From positions 207,437 through 271,436 of the forward strand of contig JBMNNJ010000001.1 of the NCBI GenBank assembly GCA_050953885.1: a DNA stretch of 64,000 nucleotides. The letters are read 5' to 3'. Of this stretch, positions 40,696 through 49,318 are shown piece by piece (within the stretch, counting starts at the first letter, position 1; each line of letters opens with the position of its first letter). The position numbers and the translations under genes are program-made. The notes beneath the pieces were generated by a model. It had not been told where the DNA came from, made no database searches, and saw nothing but the letters and a program-made list of their open reading frames with translations. This stretch comes from Patescibacteria group bacterium. GTDB lineage: Bacteria > Patescibacteriota > Microgenomatia > 0-14-0-10-38-17.

Positions 40696-42564
40696 ATGAT
40701 TCTTTACGAAGGAACAATTGAACAATTTAATCAAGATGTTATCCAAAACTGCATCGCTGACAGGGCGGCCGAAAAATATCAAGCCCACTACAATAGAAGA
40801 CCCAACAATTCAGAGTACCGTTCATGGGCTTACTCTCTGGCTATACTTAACAATTCTTTCCGTTATGCAAATCTTAAAGACAATTATGTTCTTCTTGAGT
40901 ATGAGCTTCCATACTCCTCACAAAGAATAGATGTTATACTTTTCGGAGAAAATTATCAGGACCAAAAAAATGTTGTCGTGATCGAATTAAAACAATGGTC
41001 CAATGATAATGTGTCACCCGCAGAATCAAAAGGAAATGTAATTGTTAATTACGGAAGATTTAAAAAAGAAGAACCTCATCCCTCTTTGAAAGTTCAGGGA
41101 TACCATTTTTATCTCAAGGATTTTATAAAGCTTTTTACTGAAAAGAATGCTCCCAACCTTAACTCTTTGGCATATGCTCATAATTATTCCCGAGAAAGAG
41201 GGGGCGTGTTGTTTTCTGATGAGTTTCAATCTGCTTTAGCGGAATTTCCTCTATTTGCAAAAGAAGATTCGATTAAGTTAGCAAACTACTTAAAAGATCG
41301 GCTAAGTAAAGGGAGAGGACAAATTCTTTACGAACGATTTGCTAGAAGCAAAATTGGCCCCTCTAAAAAGCTTCTCGCACATACTTCAGAAATGATTAAT
41401 AAGCAACAAGTTTTTAATTTAATTGACGACCAAATCGCTGCTTATAATGCAATAATGCACAAAGCAAAAAAGCTCTCGGGAACAGAAGAAAAGTCAGTGA
41501 TTTTAGTTAATGGTGGCCCAGGTACCGGCAAATCGGTTATCGCTTTGGAAGTTATGGGAGAGCTTTTAAGACAGGGTAAAAAGGTGGTTCATGCTACTGG
41601 GTCATCAGCTTTTACTAATACATTAAGGAGTCTTGTTGGTTTAAGGGCTAAAAATCTTTTCAAATTTTTTAACAGCTTCACAAGAGCGAACCCTAATTGT
41701 TTTGATGTTCTAATTTGTGATGAAGCTCATCGGATAAGGGAGTCAAGTGCGGATAGATACACCCCAAAAGAGCTAAGGACCAATGACCCCCAAATAGATG
41801 AATTGCTACGAGTTGCCAACCTCAGTGTTTTTTTTATAGATGAATATCAAATTGTAAGACCAAATGAAGTGGGTAGCATCGAAATGATTAAGAACGCAGC
41901 TAAAAGATTTAATATCAAAACCAAAAATATTATCGAATTTGAGCTGAAAACACAGTTTCGTTGTTCCGGCTCCGATGCTTACCTTCAATGGCTTGATAAT
42001 GTCTTAGGGATCAGAGAAACAGGGATTACCGAATTTGATACTAAAATGGAGTTTAAAATATTTGAAAATCCTCAAAAAATGATGAACGAAATTAGGGAAA
42101 GGAATAAGGAAAAGCCCAACTCTGCTCGTATAGTTGCTGGTTTTTGCTGGCCATGGAGTAACCCTCGGCCAGACGGATCGCTAGTGAATGATGTAAAAAT
42201 TGGAGATTTCGAAATGCCTTGGGAAAAAAAGAATCAATTTTGGAAGTGGGCAACAGATAAATCAGGCATGGAGCAAGTTGGCACTGTCTATACTGCTCAA
42301 GGGATGGAGTTTGATTATATCGCGGTAATTTTTGGTAACGACCTTGTTTATAACCCCCAAAAAAATGAATGGGAAGCAATACCTGAAAATTCTTATGACA
42401 CACAGGTTAAGAGAAACAACCCTAATCTAGAAAATCACTTAAAGCATGTTTACCGTGTTTTAATGTCTCGTGCCCATATGGGAGTTTATGTTTATTTTAT
42501 GGATAAAAAAACAGAAGATTATTTTAGAAGACATTTGCCCAAGCTCCCTTCTGCTTCTAAGTAA
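40696..42564 (+). CDS. DUF2075-type protein: N-terminal PD-(D/E)xK-like nuclease module fused to an SF1 P-loop helicase (Nhi-like)
   Basis: RIDVILFGE...VVVIELKQW (D...E-x-K), Walker A NGGPGTGKSV, Walker B DEAH box VLICDEAHRI, C-terminal VYTAQGMEFDYIAV UvrD-C-like motif. Starts 7 bp after radC. Confidence 0.75.
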   Translation: MILYEGTIEQFNQDVIQNCIADRAAEKYQAHYNRRPNNSEYRSWAYSLAILNNSFRYANLKDNYVLLEYELPYSSQRIDVILFGENYQDQKNVVVIELKQWSNDNVSPAESKGNVIVNYGRFKKEEPHPSLKVQGYHFYLKDFIKLFTEKNAPNLNSLAYAHNYSRERGGVLFSDEFQSALAEFPLFAKEDSIKLANYLKDRLSKGRGQILYERFARSKIGPSKKLLAHTSEMINKQQVFNLIDDQIAAYNAIMHKAKKLSGTEEKSVILVNGGPGTGKSVIALEVMGELLRQGKKVVHATGSSAFTNTLRSLVGLRAKNLFKFFNSFTRANPNCFDVLICDEAHRIRESSADRYTPKELRTNDPQIDELLRVANLSVFFIDEYQIVRPNEVGSIEMIKNAAKRFNIKTKNIIEFELKTQFRCSGSDAYLQWLDNVLGIRETGITEFDTKMEFKIFENPQKMMNEIRERNKEKPNSARIVAGFCWPWSNPRPDGSLVNDVKIGDFEMPWEKKNQFWKWATDKSGMEQVGTVYTAQGMEFDYIAVIFGNDLVYNPQKNEWEAIPENSYDTQVKRNNPNLENHLKHVYRVLMSRAHMGVYVYFMDKKTEDYFRRHLPKLPSASK

Positions 42565-42755
42565 CCTATTAAAACGAAGGCGTAAGGGCCCTAACGACTA
42601 TAATTAATAAAAAATTTTATTAGAAAAATAAAAGCTTGCAGGCATAAAAAACGGAGTAGCCAATTTTTTGCTAGGCTCTATGAGCTCAACCAAGAATTCG
42701 AAGCTATTTAACCCCCGGAGTTGATTAGCTTGATAACCTTAACTCAAATAAAACT

Positions 42756-43199
42756 TTAATTTTCTTCAGGCTTAAATTGTCCATCTTCGTATACATATTT
42801 CACTTCAGTCAGGTCGTTTGAGTTAACTTCTTCTGCATAAAGCAAAGTAAAACCATTCCCTACTTCTACCTCCTCTGGGGATTGCTTAACTCCAATCCTC
42901 ATCTTTTCATCACTTTCAAAAACAACCCTGCCTTCATCAATAACCCACAGCTTACCTGCTCCTTGAGTCATAGCTACAGGAATTATTACTAAACTTTCTG
43001 ACAAATCATCTCCATCCACATCCATACTAAAGTATTCTGGACACCTTCCTAAAAAACATTCCGGAAGTTCTTGACTTACAATTTTTTCTTTTTGAGCAGG
43101 AACGTTAATTTTTGTACTTCTTGAAAAATATCCAATCGCAAAACCTAAAAGGATAAAAATTAAATAGGCTAAAAACTTGCCTACTGTAATCTTAGACAT
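42756..43199 (-). CDS. small membrane-anchored hypothetical protein convergent on the island operon
   Basis: N-terminal TM helix, acidic C-terminal domain. Confidence 0.45.
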   Translation of the reverse strand: MSKITVGKFLAYLIFILLGFAIGYFSRSTKINVPAQKEKIVSQELPECFLGRCPEYFSMDVDGDDLSESLVIIPVAMTQGAGKLWVIDEGRVVFESDEKMRIGVKQSPEEVEVGNGFTLLYAEEVNSNDLTEVKYVYEDGQFKPEEN

Positions 43200-43313
43200 A
43201 AGACTATTCTATCAAAAATTGATAAAACTAGGCAAACAAGGTTAAAAAAAGAAAGAAACTTAACTATAAATTTGAAGCTATTTAACCCCCGGAGTTGATT
43301 AGCTTTTGAATTT

Positions 43314-44585
43314 TGCGTGAAATGCTTGAAATGCATGAGACGTTTGAAACGTAAAAACATTAAACGGTTCAGGCGATTCAAGCCTCAAGCTTTGAAGCAT
43401 CAAGTCTTAAGGCAGATCCTGATTTTCATCAGGATGACAACTACCTTGATTCAGAATCAGTTAGCTAAAAGTTAAAATTCAAAATTTAAAAGTCAAAAGT
43501 ACAAGTCAAAATTCAAAAGTAGAGCAAAAAACTTTTAACTTTTAACTTGTCCGCCGGCAGGCGGATTCGTTAAAATGACGGCCACGATTAGCGTCATTCT
43601 GAACTTGATTCAGAATCGTTATTATTGTCAGAAAACACAGATCCTGACTTTCGTCAGAGCCTGTCCTGAATTTAATTCAGGAATGACAGTTACCTTGATT
43701 CAGAGTCGTTATTAATGTCAGAAAACGCAGATCCTGACTTTCGTCAGGATGACGGTTGCGATTAGCGTCATTCTGAACTTGATTCAGAATCTGTGTTATT
43801 GTCAAAAAACGCAGATCCTGACTTTCGTCAGGATGACGGTTACAGGTTCTGACTTTCGTCAGAATGACGGTTACGGGACTACAGGAATAACCCTGCCCAC
43901 CAGCCGACGGACAAGTTAAAACTCAAAACTCAAATGTCAAATCTCAAAACTACATGTTAAAACTTAAAACTACATGGTAAATGTTAAAACTTTTTAAAGC
44001 TTAATTCGTCAGAATGATGACAGCCGTGCCGTCATTCCGGACTTGATCCGGAATCGGTGTTAATGCCTAAAGAACGCAGATCCTGACTTTCGTCAGGATG
44101 ACGGTTATCTGAAGAACGCAGATCCTGACTTTCGTCAGGATGACGGCCACGATTAGCGTCATTCCGGACTTGATCCGGAATCGGTGTTATTGTCAGAAAA
44201 CGGTAGATCCTGACTTTCGTCAGGATGACGGCTACGGGGATGATTCCCGCCAAGCGGATTCGTCAGGATGACGACAGTCGTGCCGTCATTCCGGACTTGA
44301 TCCGGAATCGGTGTTAATATCTGAAGAACGCAGATCCTGACTTTCGTCAGGATGACAGCTATGGGGATGATTCCCGCCAGGCGGATTCGTCAGAATGACG
44401 GCCACGATTAGCGTCATTCTGAACTTGATTCAGAATCAGTTAGATCCTGACTTTCGTCAGGATGACGCTTTCGTCAGAGCCTGTCCTGAATTTAATTCAG
44501 GAATGACGGCCACGGCAGGATAATTTTATTCGCTCATTCGTGTTGATTCGTTTCCCATTCGCGTTGCTTCGTGTCTTTGGTCCAA
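43314..44585. repeat. about 1.25-kb BIME/REP-like composite array: one family D 100-bp unit, CAAAA/AAAGT low-complexity tract, CCGCCAGCTGGCGG-type palindromes, more than 20 short hairpins in repeating units of about 95 bp, ending in a CGAAT-periodic unit
   Basis: Three hairpin types (ATCCTGAC-TTTC-GTCAGGAT, ATTCTGAA-CTTGA-TTCAGAAT, TCCTGAATT-TAA-TTCAGGA) each followed by ATGACGG. They recur with conserved linkers such as GCGATTAGCGTC and GTTATTGTCAGAAAACGCA. No unique spacers. Confidence 0.85.
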
Positions 44586-44644
44586 AAATCTTGTGCTAAA
44601 ATGAAGAAAGATAAAAGAATCGCTTTTGGAAATTAAAATTCGCC

Positions 44645-45400
44645 ATGAATCACTACCGCCAACGGGAAACCAATCTTTACCAGCCCGGCCAGGAAAGACC
44701 TTTTTGGTTAAGCCGCTCCAAGATTGATCTTTTTTTGGAATGCCCCCGCTGTTTTTACCTTGACCGCCGCTTGGGTTTGAGCCGTCCCGGCATGCCTTCT
44801 TTTTCCCTAAACTCCGCCGTTGACCAGCTTTTAAAAAATGAATTTGACCTCCTGCGCCAAGAAGGCAAACCCCACCGGCTGATGGAAAAATACCGCATTG
44901 AGGCCATTCCCCTAAATCATCCCGATCTTCCCCTCTGGCGCGACGATGTCCACCGCTGGGAAGGGGCCCATGTTCACCACCAGCCCACCAATTTTGAAAT
45001 AAGCGGCATTGTTGACGACATCTGGGTAGACCGGAAAAATAATTTCTACATTGTGGACTACAAATCCACCAGCACCACAGCGGAGATTTCCCTTGAAGAT
45101 GAATACAAGCAAGGTTATAAAAAACAAATCGAGGTTTACCAGTGGATTTTTAGAAAAATGGGCTTTAGCGTTGCCAACACCGCCTATTTTGTCTACGCCA
45201 ACGCCAGCAAAAACCGCCCCCGCTTTGACGGCCGTTTGGAATTTGAGGTGCAAATTATCACCTACGAGGGCAATGACGCGTGGGTAGAGCCCACCCTTAA
45301 GGAGATTAAAAAATGCCTTGATTCCCCCAAAGTGCCCGCCGCCGACCCCGATTGCGAATATTGCCGTTATCGCCAATTAATCAGCCAGAAACTTAAATGA
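44645..45400 (+). CDS. Cas4/RecB-like PD-(D/E)xK nuclease with Fe-S cluster cysteines (stand-alone)
   Basis: IVDDIWVD...FYIVDYKST (D...D-x-K) core. N-terminal CPRCFYL and C-terminal C-x13-C-x2-C cysteines. Confidence 0.65.
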   Translation: MNHYRQRETNLYQPGQERPFWLSRSKIDLFLECPRCFYLDRRLGLSRPGMPSFSLNSAVDQLLKNEFDLLRQEGKPHRLMEKYRIEAIPLNHPDLPLWRDDVHRWEGAHVHHQPTNFEISGIVDDIWVDRKNNFYIVDYKSTSTTAEISLEDEYKQGYKKQIEVYQWIFRKMGFSVANTAYFVYANASKNRPRFDGRLEFEVQIITYEGNDAWVEPTLKEIKKCLDSPKVPAADPDCEYCRYRQLISQKLK

Positions 45401-45717
45401 TTTCTCTTGAAGACTTTCAAAAGTTGGACATCAGGGTAGGGGAGGTAAAAGAAGCCGCGGCGGTGGCCGGCAGTAAAAATCTTTTCCTCTTAAAAGTTAG
45501 CCTGGGTAAAGAAGAACGCCAAATTGTTTCCGGTTTGGCCGGCTTTTACCAGCCCGAAGAACTTTTAGGCAAACAGGTTATTCTTCTTGCCAATCTTGAA
45601 CCAAGAGTAATTTTTGGCCTTGAAAGCCAGGGAATGCTTTTGGCCGTTGACAGTGGCGCGGAAGTGGCCCTGCTCACCCCTGATCGCAAAGTAACCCCGG
45701 GCAGTCCGGTAAAGTAA
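45397..45717 (+). CDS. tRNA-binding (Trbp111/CsaA/Myf-domain) protein; start overlaps the upstream stop as ATGA
   Basis: LDIRVGEV...LKVSLGKEERQIVSGLAGFY...GMLLAV OB-fold tRNA-binding signature. Confidence 0.8.
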   Translation: MISLEDFQKLDIRVGEVKEAAAVAGSKNLFLLKVSLGKEERQIVSGLAGFYQPEELLGKQVILLANLEPRVIFGLESQGMLLAVDSGAEVALLTPDRKVTPGSPVK

Positions 45718-45734
45718 AAAAATTACCTTGAGGG

Positions 45735-46310
45735 TGATTTATGCGAATTGAGACGAACGAAAAACGAATTAACACGAAAAATAAACTCAAATCTCAAATC
45801 TCAAAACGCAAAACTACATGGTAAATGTTAAAACTTTTTAAAGCTTAATTCGCCAGCGGGCGGATAAAATCATGCGTGAAATGCTTGAAATGCAGGAGAC
45901 GTTTGAAACGTAAAAACATTAAACGGCTCAGACAATCAAGCCTCAAGCGTTTCAAGCATCAAGCTTTAAGACAGATCCTGACTTTCGTCAGGATGACGGT
46001 TACGGGGATGATTCCCGCCAGGTGGATTCGTCAGAATGATGACAGCCGTGCCGTCATTCCGGACTTGATCCAGAATCAGTGTTATTGTCAGAAAACGCAG
46101 ATCCTGACTTTCGTCAGGATGACAGCTACCTTGATTCAGAATCGTTATTAATACCTAAAGAACGCAGATTCTGACTTTCGTCAGAATGACGGTTACGGAA
46201 AGCGTCAGGATGACGACAGCCGTGCCGTCATTCCGGACTTGATCCGGAATCTGTGTTATTATCAGAAAACGCAGATCCTGACTTTCGTCAGGATGACAGC
46301 TACAGGTTTG
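45735..46310. repeat. composite repeat array (CGAAT-periodic unit, CAAAA tract, family D 100-bp unit, hairpin cluster)
   Basis: Built from the same modules as 43314-44585. The ORF-track 'proteins' here (45876-46151, 46155-46367) are repeat translations. Confidence 0.8.
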
Positions 46311-46337
46311 ATTTTTGCATTTTGAATTTATTCTTAT

Positions 46338-46619
46338 ATGGTTCAGGCTAAAATCTCCGTTTCTCATCTGGCCAAATTAGCCAACCTCCATCTTTCTTCC
46401 CCAGAAGAAAAATTAATCGGCCCCCAAATTGAGGAAGTGGTGGGCTCTTTTTCGGTTTTGGACCGCGTTTCGGCTTTGGAAAAACTTCCCCCCACTTTTC
46501 AGGTGGGCCAAAACGAGAATATTCTCCGGCCCGACGAGGTTCAACCCTCCCTGGCGCGCCCAAAAATTCTTGGCAAAAATACTTTTTTTACCACCAAAGC
46601 CGTTTTAACCAAAAAATGA
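46338..46619 (+). CDS. gatC: Asp/Glu-tRNA amidotransferase subunit C
   Basis: ISVSHLAKLANLHLSSPEEKLIGPQIEEVV matches the GatC core. Immediately upstream of gatA. Confidence 0.8.
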   Translation: MVQAKISVSHLAKLANLHLSSPEEKLIGPQIEEVVGSFSVLDRVSALEKLPPTFQVGQNENILRPDEVQPSLARPKILGKNTFFTTKAVLTKK

Positions 46620-48040
46620 AGCCCAAAACAAATTTTGCCGAAAAAAGCCCTTCTCTTTTGGCCTGGCAGGAAAAACTCCAAAAAGAAGAGGTAAAAAGCG
46701 AAGAAATTATCTCTTTTTACCTGGAAAAAATTAAAGAAAAAGATCGGGTTTTAAATGCTTACTTAAGCGTTAATCCCCAAGCTTTGGATCAAGCCCGCGA
46801 GGCGGATCGGGAAATAAGCGGCGCCGCTGATAAAAAGCTTCTTTTTGAAAAAAAGCCGCTTTTGGGCTTGCCTTTGGCCATTAAAGATAATTTTTGTACC
46901 CTCGATTTGCCCACCACCGCCGCTTCCCGAATTTTAGAAAACTGGCAAGCTCCCTATGAGGCCACCGTGGTTAGCCGCCTGAAAAAAGCGGGCGCCATTA
47001 TTTTGGGAAAAACCAATATGGACGCCTGGGCTCATGGCTCCTCCACGGAAACTTCCGACTTTGGCGAGACAAGCAACCCCTACGACATTAACCGCGTTCC
47101 CGGCGGTTCTTCGGGGGGTTCGGCCGCCGCCGTGGCCGCGGCGATGGCTCCCGCCGCCATCGGCTCGGAAACAGCCGGCTCCATTCGCCAACCGGCCGCC
47201 TGGTGCGGAGTGGTGGGTTTAAAACCCACCTATGGCCGCGCTAGCCGCTGGGGGCTGATTGCCATGGCCTCGTCTTTGGACTGCCCCGGACCGCTCACCC
47301 AAGATGTTGCCGACGCCGCCCTGCTTTTGGCAATTATCAGCGGTCAAGACCCTCATGATGCCACCAGCATTCAGGAGCCAAGCCTTGAAATAAAACCTAA
47401 CCCCCGCCTTGATTCCTCCCTCACTATCGGCATTCCCCGCCAATACTTGGAAATCGCCGCTCCCGAAATTCAAGAAAAGATAGAAAAAATTATCAGCCGG
47501 CTTGAGAAAGAAAAAATTAAAATTAAGTTTATTTCTTTGCTTGACCCGAAAATCAGCATGGCCGTTTACGCCATTGTCCAGCGCGCCGAGGTTTCCTCCA
47601 ACCTGGCCCGCTATGACGGCATTCGTTTTGGGAAAAACCGCTCTTTTTTTGGTTTGGAGGCCAAGAGAAGAATTATCACCGGCACTTTCGTTCTCTCCGC
47701 CGGCTACTTTGACCAGTACTATCTTAGGGCCCAAAAAGCGCGTACCAAAATTAGCCAAAATTTTGCCCAAGCTTTTGGGGAAGTTGACTTGATCCTTGCC
47801 CCCACTTCGCCTAGCGCCGCCATTGAAAAAGGCGGGCAGGAAAAAGAGCCGCTTTTTGGTGAAAAGCAGGATATTCTGGTGGAAGCCAGCTCTTTGGCCG
47901 GCCTTCCCGGCATCAGCCTTAACGCCGGTTTTACCAAAGAAGGCCTGCCGGTGGGAGCGCAAATTATCGGCCCGGCCAAAAGCGAGGAAAAAATTCTCAA
48001 TTTTGCCTGCTTTTTGGAAAAAAAGATATCAGAAAATTAA
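46616..48040 (+). CDS. gatA: Asp/Glu-tRNA amidotransferase subunit A (amidase signature)
   Basis: Amidase signature GGSSGGSAAAVAA and catalytic Ser-cisSer-Lys context. Confidence 0.9.
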   Translation: MKPKTNFAEKSPSLLAWQEKLQKEEVKSEEIISFYLEKIKEKDRVLNAYLSVNPQALDQAREADREISGAADKKLLFEKKPLLGLPLAIKDNFCTLDLPTTAASRILENWQAPYEATVVSRLKKAGAIILGKTNMDAWAHGSSTETSDFGETSNPYDINRVPGGSSGGSAAAVAAAMAPAAIGSETAGSIRQPAAWCGVVGLKPTYGRASRWGLIAMASSLDCPGPLTQDVADAALLLAIISGQDPHDATSIQEPSLEIKPNPRLDSSLTIGIPRQYLEIAAPEIQEKIEKIISRLEKEKIKIKFISLLDPKISMAVYAIVQRAEVSSNLARYDGIRFGKNRSFFGLEAKRRIITGTFVLSAGYFDQYYLRAQKARTKISQNFAQAFGEVDLILAPTSPSAAIEKGGQEKEPLFGEKQDILVEASSLAGLPGISLNAGFTKEGLPVGAQIIGPAKSEEKILNFACFLEKKISEN

Positions 48041-48043
48041 AAA

Positions 48044-49318
48044 ATGAAAAGAAAACTTTCCCAAACCGTCTTTGGCAGCAGCAGTTTTTTAAAGCTCTGG
48101 GGGGTGCAAATTTCCTCGGTTGTCAGCGCCAATATCCTTCTTTTCTCCTCCATTAACTTTATTTTTAGCCACACCCAATCAACTATCGCCGTCGGCCTTT
48201 TAACCTTCTTTTATTATCTTCCCACCGTTATCTTAGGTTTTTTCAGCGGCGCGGTGGTAGATCGTTTCCCTAAAAATAAAATTTTAGTTATTTCCAGTCT
48301 TGCTCAAGCCCTTTTTGTCTGGCTTTTTTTAGGAATAAAAACACGTCCTTTTCTTATTTACCCCCTTGTTTTCCTTTATTCTTCTTTTGATGAATTTATC
48401 AATCCCACCATCGGCACCCTTTTGCCGGAAACGGTTAAAAAAGAACATCTGGGTGAAGCCAACAGCGTTTGGCTTTTTTCCTCGCAGGGAGCGGTAATTT
48501 TAGGGTCAATCGGCGCCGGTTTGTTTTTAAAAATTCTCCCCAGCCTTTACGCAATTTATCCTCTTATTAGCCTTGTCCTTTTTACGGGAGTAATTTTTTC
48601 TCTCCTGCTTTTTAAATCTTCCCCAAAGCTGGCAACCGTAAAAAGGCAAAACCGCCAACCGGTAGACTTTGAAGAATTTCTTCAAGAGGTTAAAGACGGC
48701 TATCACTTTGTTCGCCAAGAAAAAGCCATTCTTTTCCCCCTCCTTCTTATCGCCCTAACCCAAATGGTCACCGGCAGTGGCGTTATCGCCCTTCCCGCTA
48801 TCGCTCAAGCGCTTAAAATTCAGTTTGCTGACGCTTCCTTTTATTTAATTACCCCCGCTCTTTTGGGGGCAATTAGCGGTAGTTTCCTGGTAAGCAAAGT
48901 CATTCGGGAGAAAACAATCAGGAAAAAAACCCTTATTATTAAAAGTCTTATTTCCTGCGGATTAATTATTCTTCTAGTAAGTTTGGCGGCGATTTTCTTA
49001 CCTCGGCCAATTTTCGCCGCTTCTCCTCTTCTTTTCTTGGGCGGCTTTGCCTTCGTTTTCCTTCTTGTCCCCGCCCAAACTTTAATTCAGGAAAATTCCC
49101 CCCTAAATCTTCGCGGCCGGGTTTACGGCGCTCTTTCGGTACTGGTGACCATTGCTGCCGCCATTCCCGTCCTTTTAACGACCATTTTTGTCGAATTTTT
49201 GGGCGCAAAAACTTTTTTGGCTCTTGCCGGGGCGGCCATTTTAATGGCAGGCCTTTACCTCCAAAAACACCAGCAAGCAATTTTTGCCCAATTTAAAAAC
49301 AATGGAAAGAAAAAATAA
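48044..49318 (+). CDS. MFS-type transporter inserted between gatA and gatB
   Basis: About 12 predicted TM helices, MFS length and loop pattern. Confidence 0.7.
   Translation: MKRKLSQTVFGSSSFLKLWGVQISSVVSANILLFSSINFIFSHTQSTIAVGLLTFFYYLPTVILGFFSGAVVDRFPKNKILVISSLAQALFVWLFLGIKTRPFLIYPLVFLYSSFDEFINPTIGTLLPETVKKEHLGEANSVWLFSSQGAVILGSIGAGLFLKILPSLYAIYPLISLVLFTGVIFSLLLFKSSPKLATVKRQNRQPVDFEEFLQEVKDGYHFVRQEKAILFPLLLIALTQMVTGSGVIALPAIAQALKIQFADASFYLITPALLGAISGSFLVSKVIREKTIRKKTLIIKSLISCGLIILLVSLAAIFLPRPIFAASPLLFLGGFAFVFLLVPAQTLIQENSPLNLRGRVYGALSVLVTIAAAIPVLLTTIFVEFLGAKTFLALAGAAILMAGLYLQKHQQAIFAQFKNNGKKK

Noticed and set aside
44032-44253. ORF with tandem HPDESQDLRS peptide repeats
   Set aside because: The reading frame runs through the hairpin repeat array. 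The peptide periodicity is just the DNA repeat periodicity. No start context.
43380-44520. Regularly spaced repeats that could be mistaken for a CRISPR array
   Set aside because: The inter-repeat segments are themselves conserved linkers or other hairpin types rather than unique spacers. Three repeat types alternate. There are no cas genes, and the units are palindromic REP-like hairpins. Called a BIME/REP-like array instead.
45876-46151. ORF MKCLKCRRRLKRKNIKR...
   Set aside because: Translation of the family D 100-bp repeat. The same 'protein' appears from the inverted copy at 9617-9799. Non-coding repeat.
47219-47962. 247-aa minus-strand ORF inside gatA
   Set aside because: Antisense shadow of gatA (Gly/Ala/Arg-rich), no motifs.
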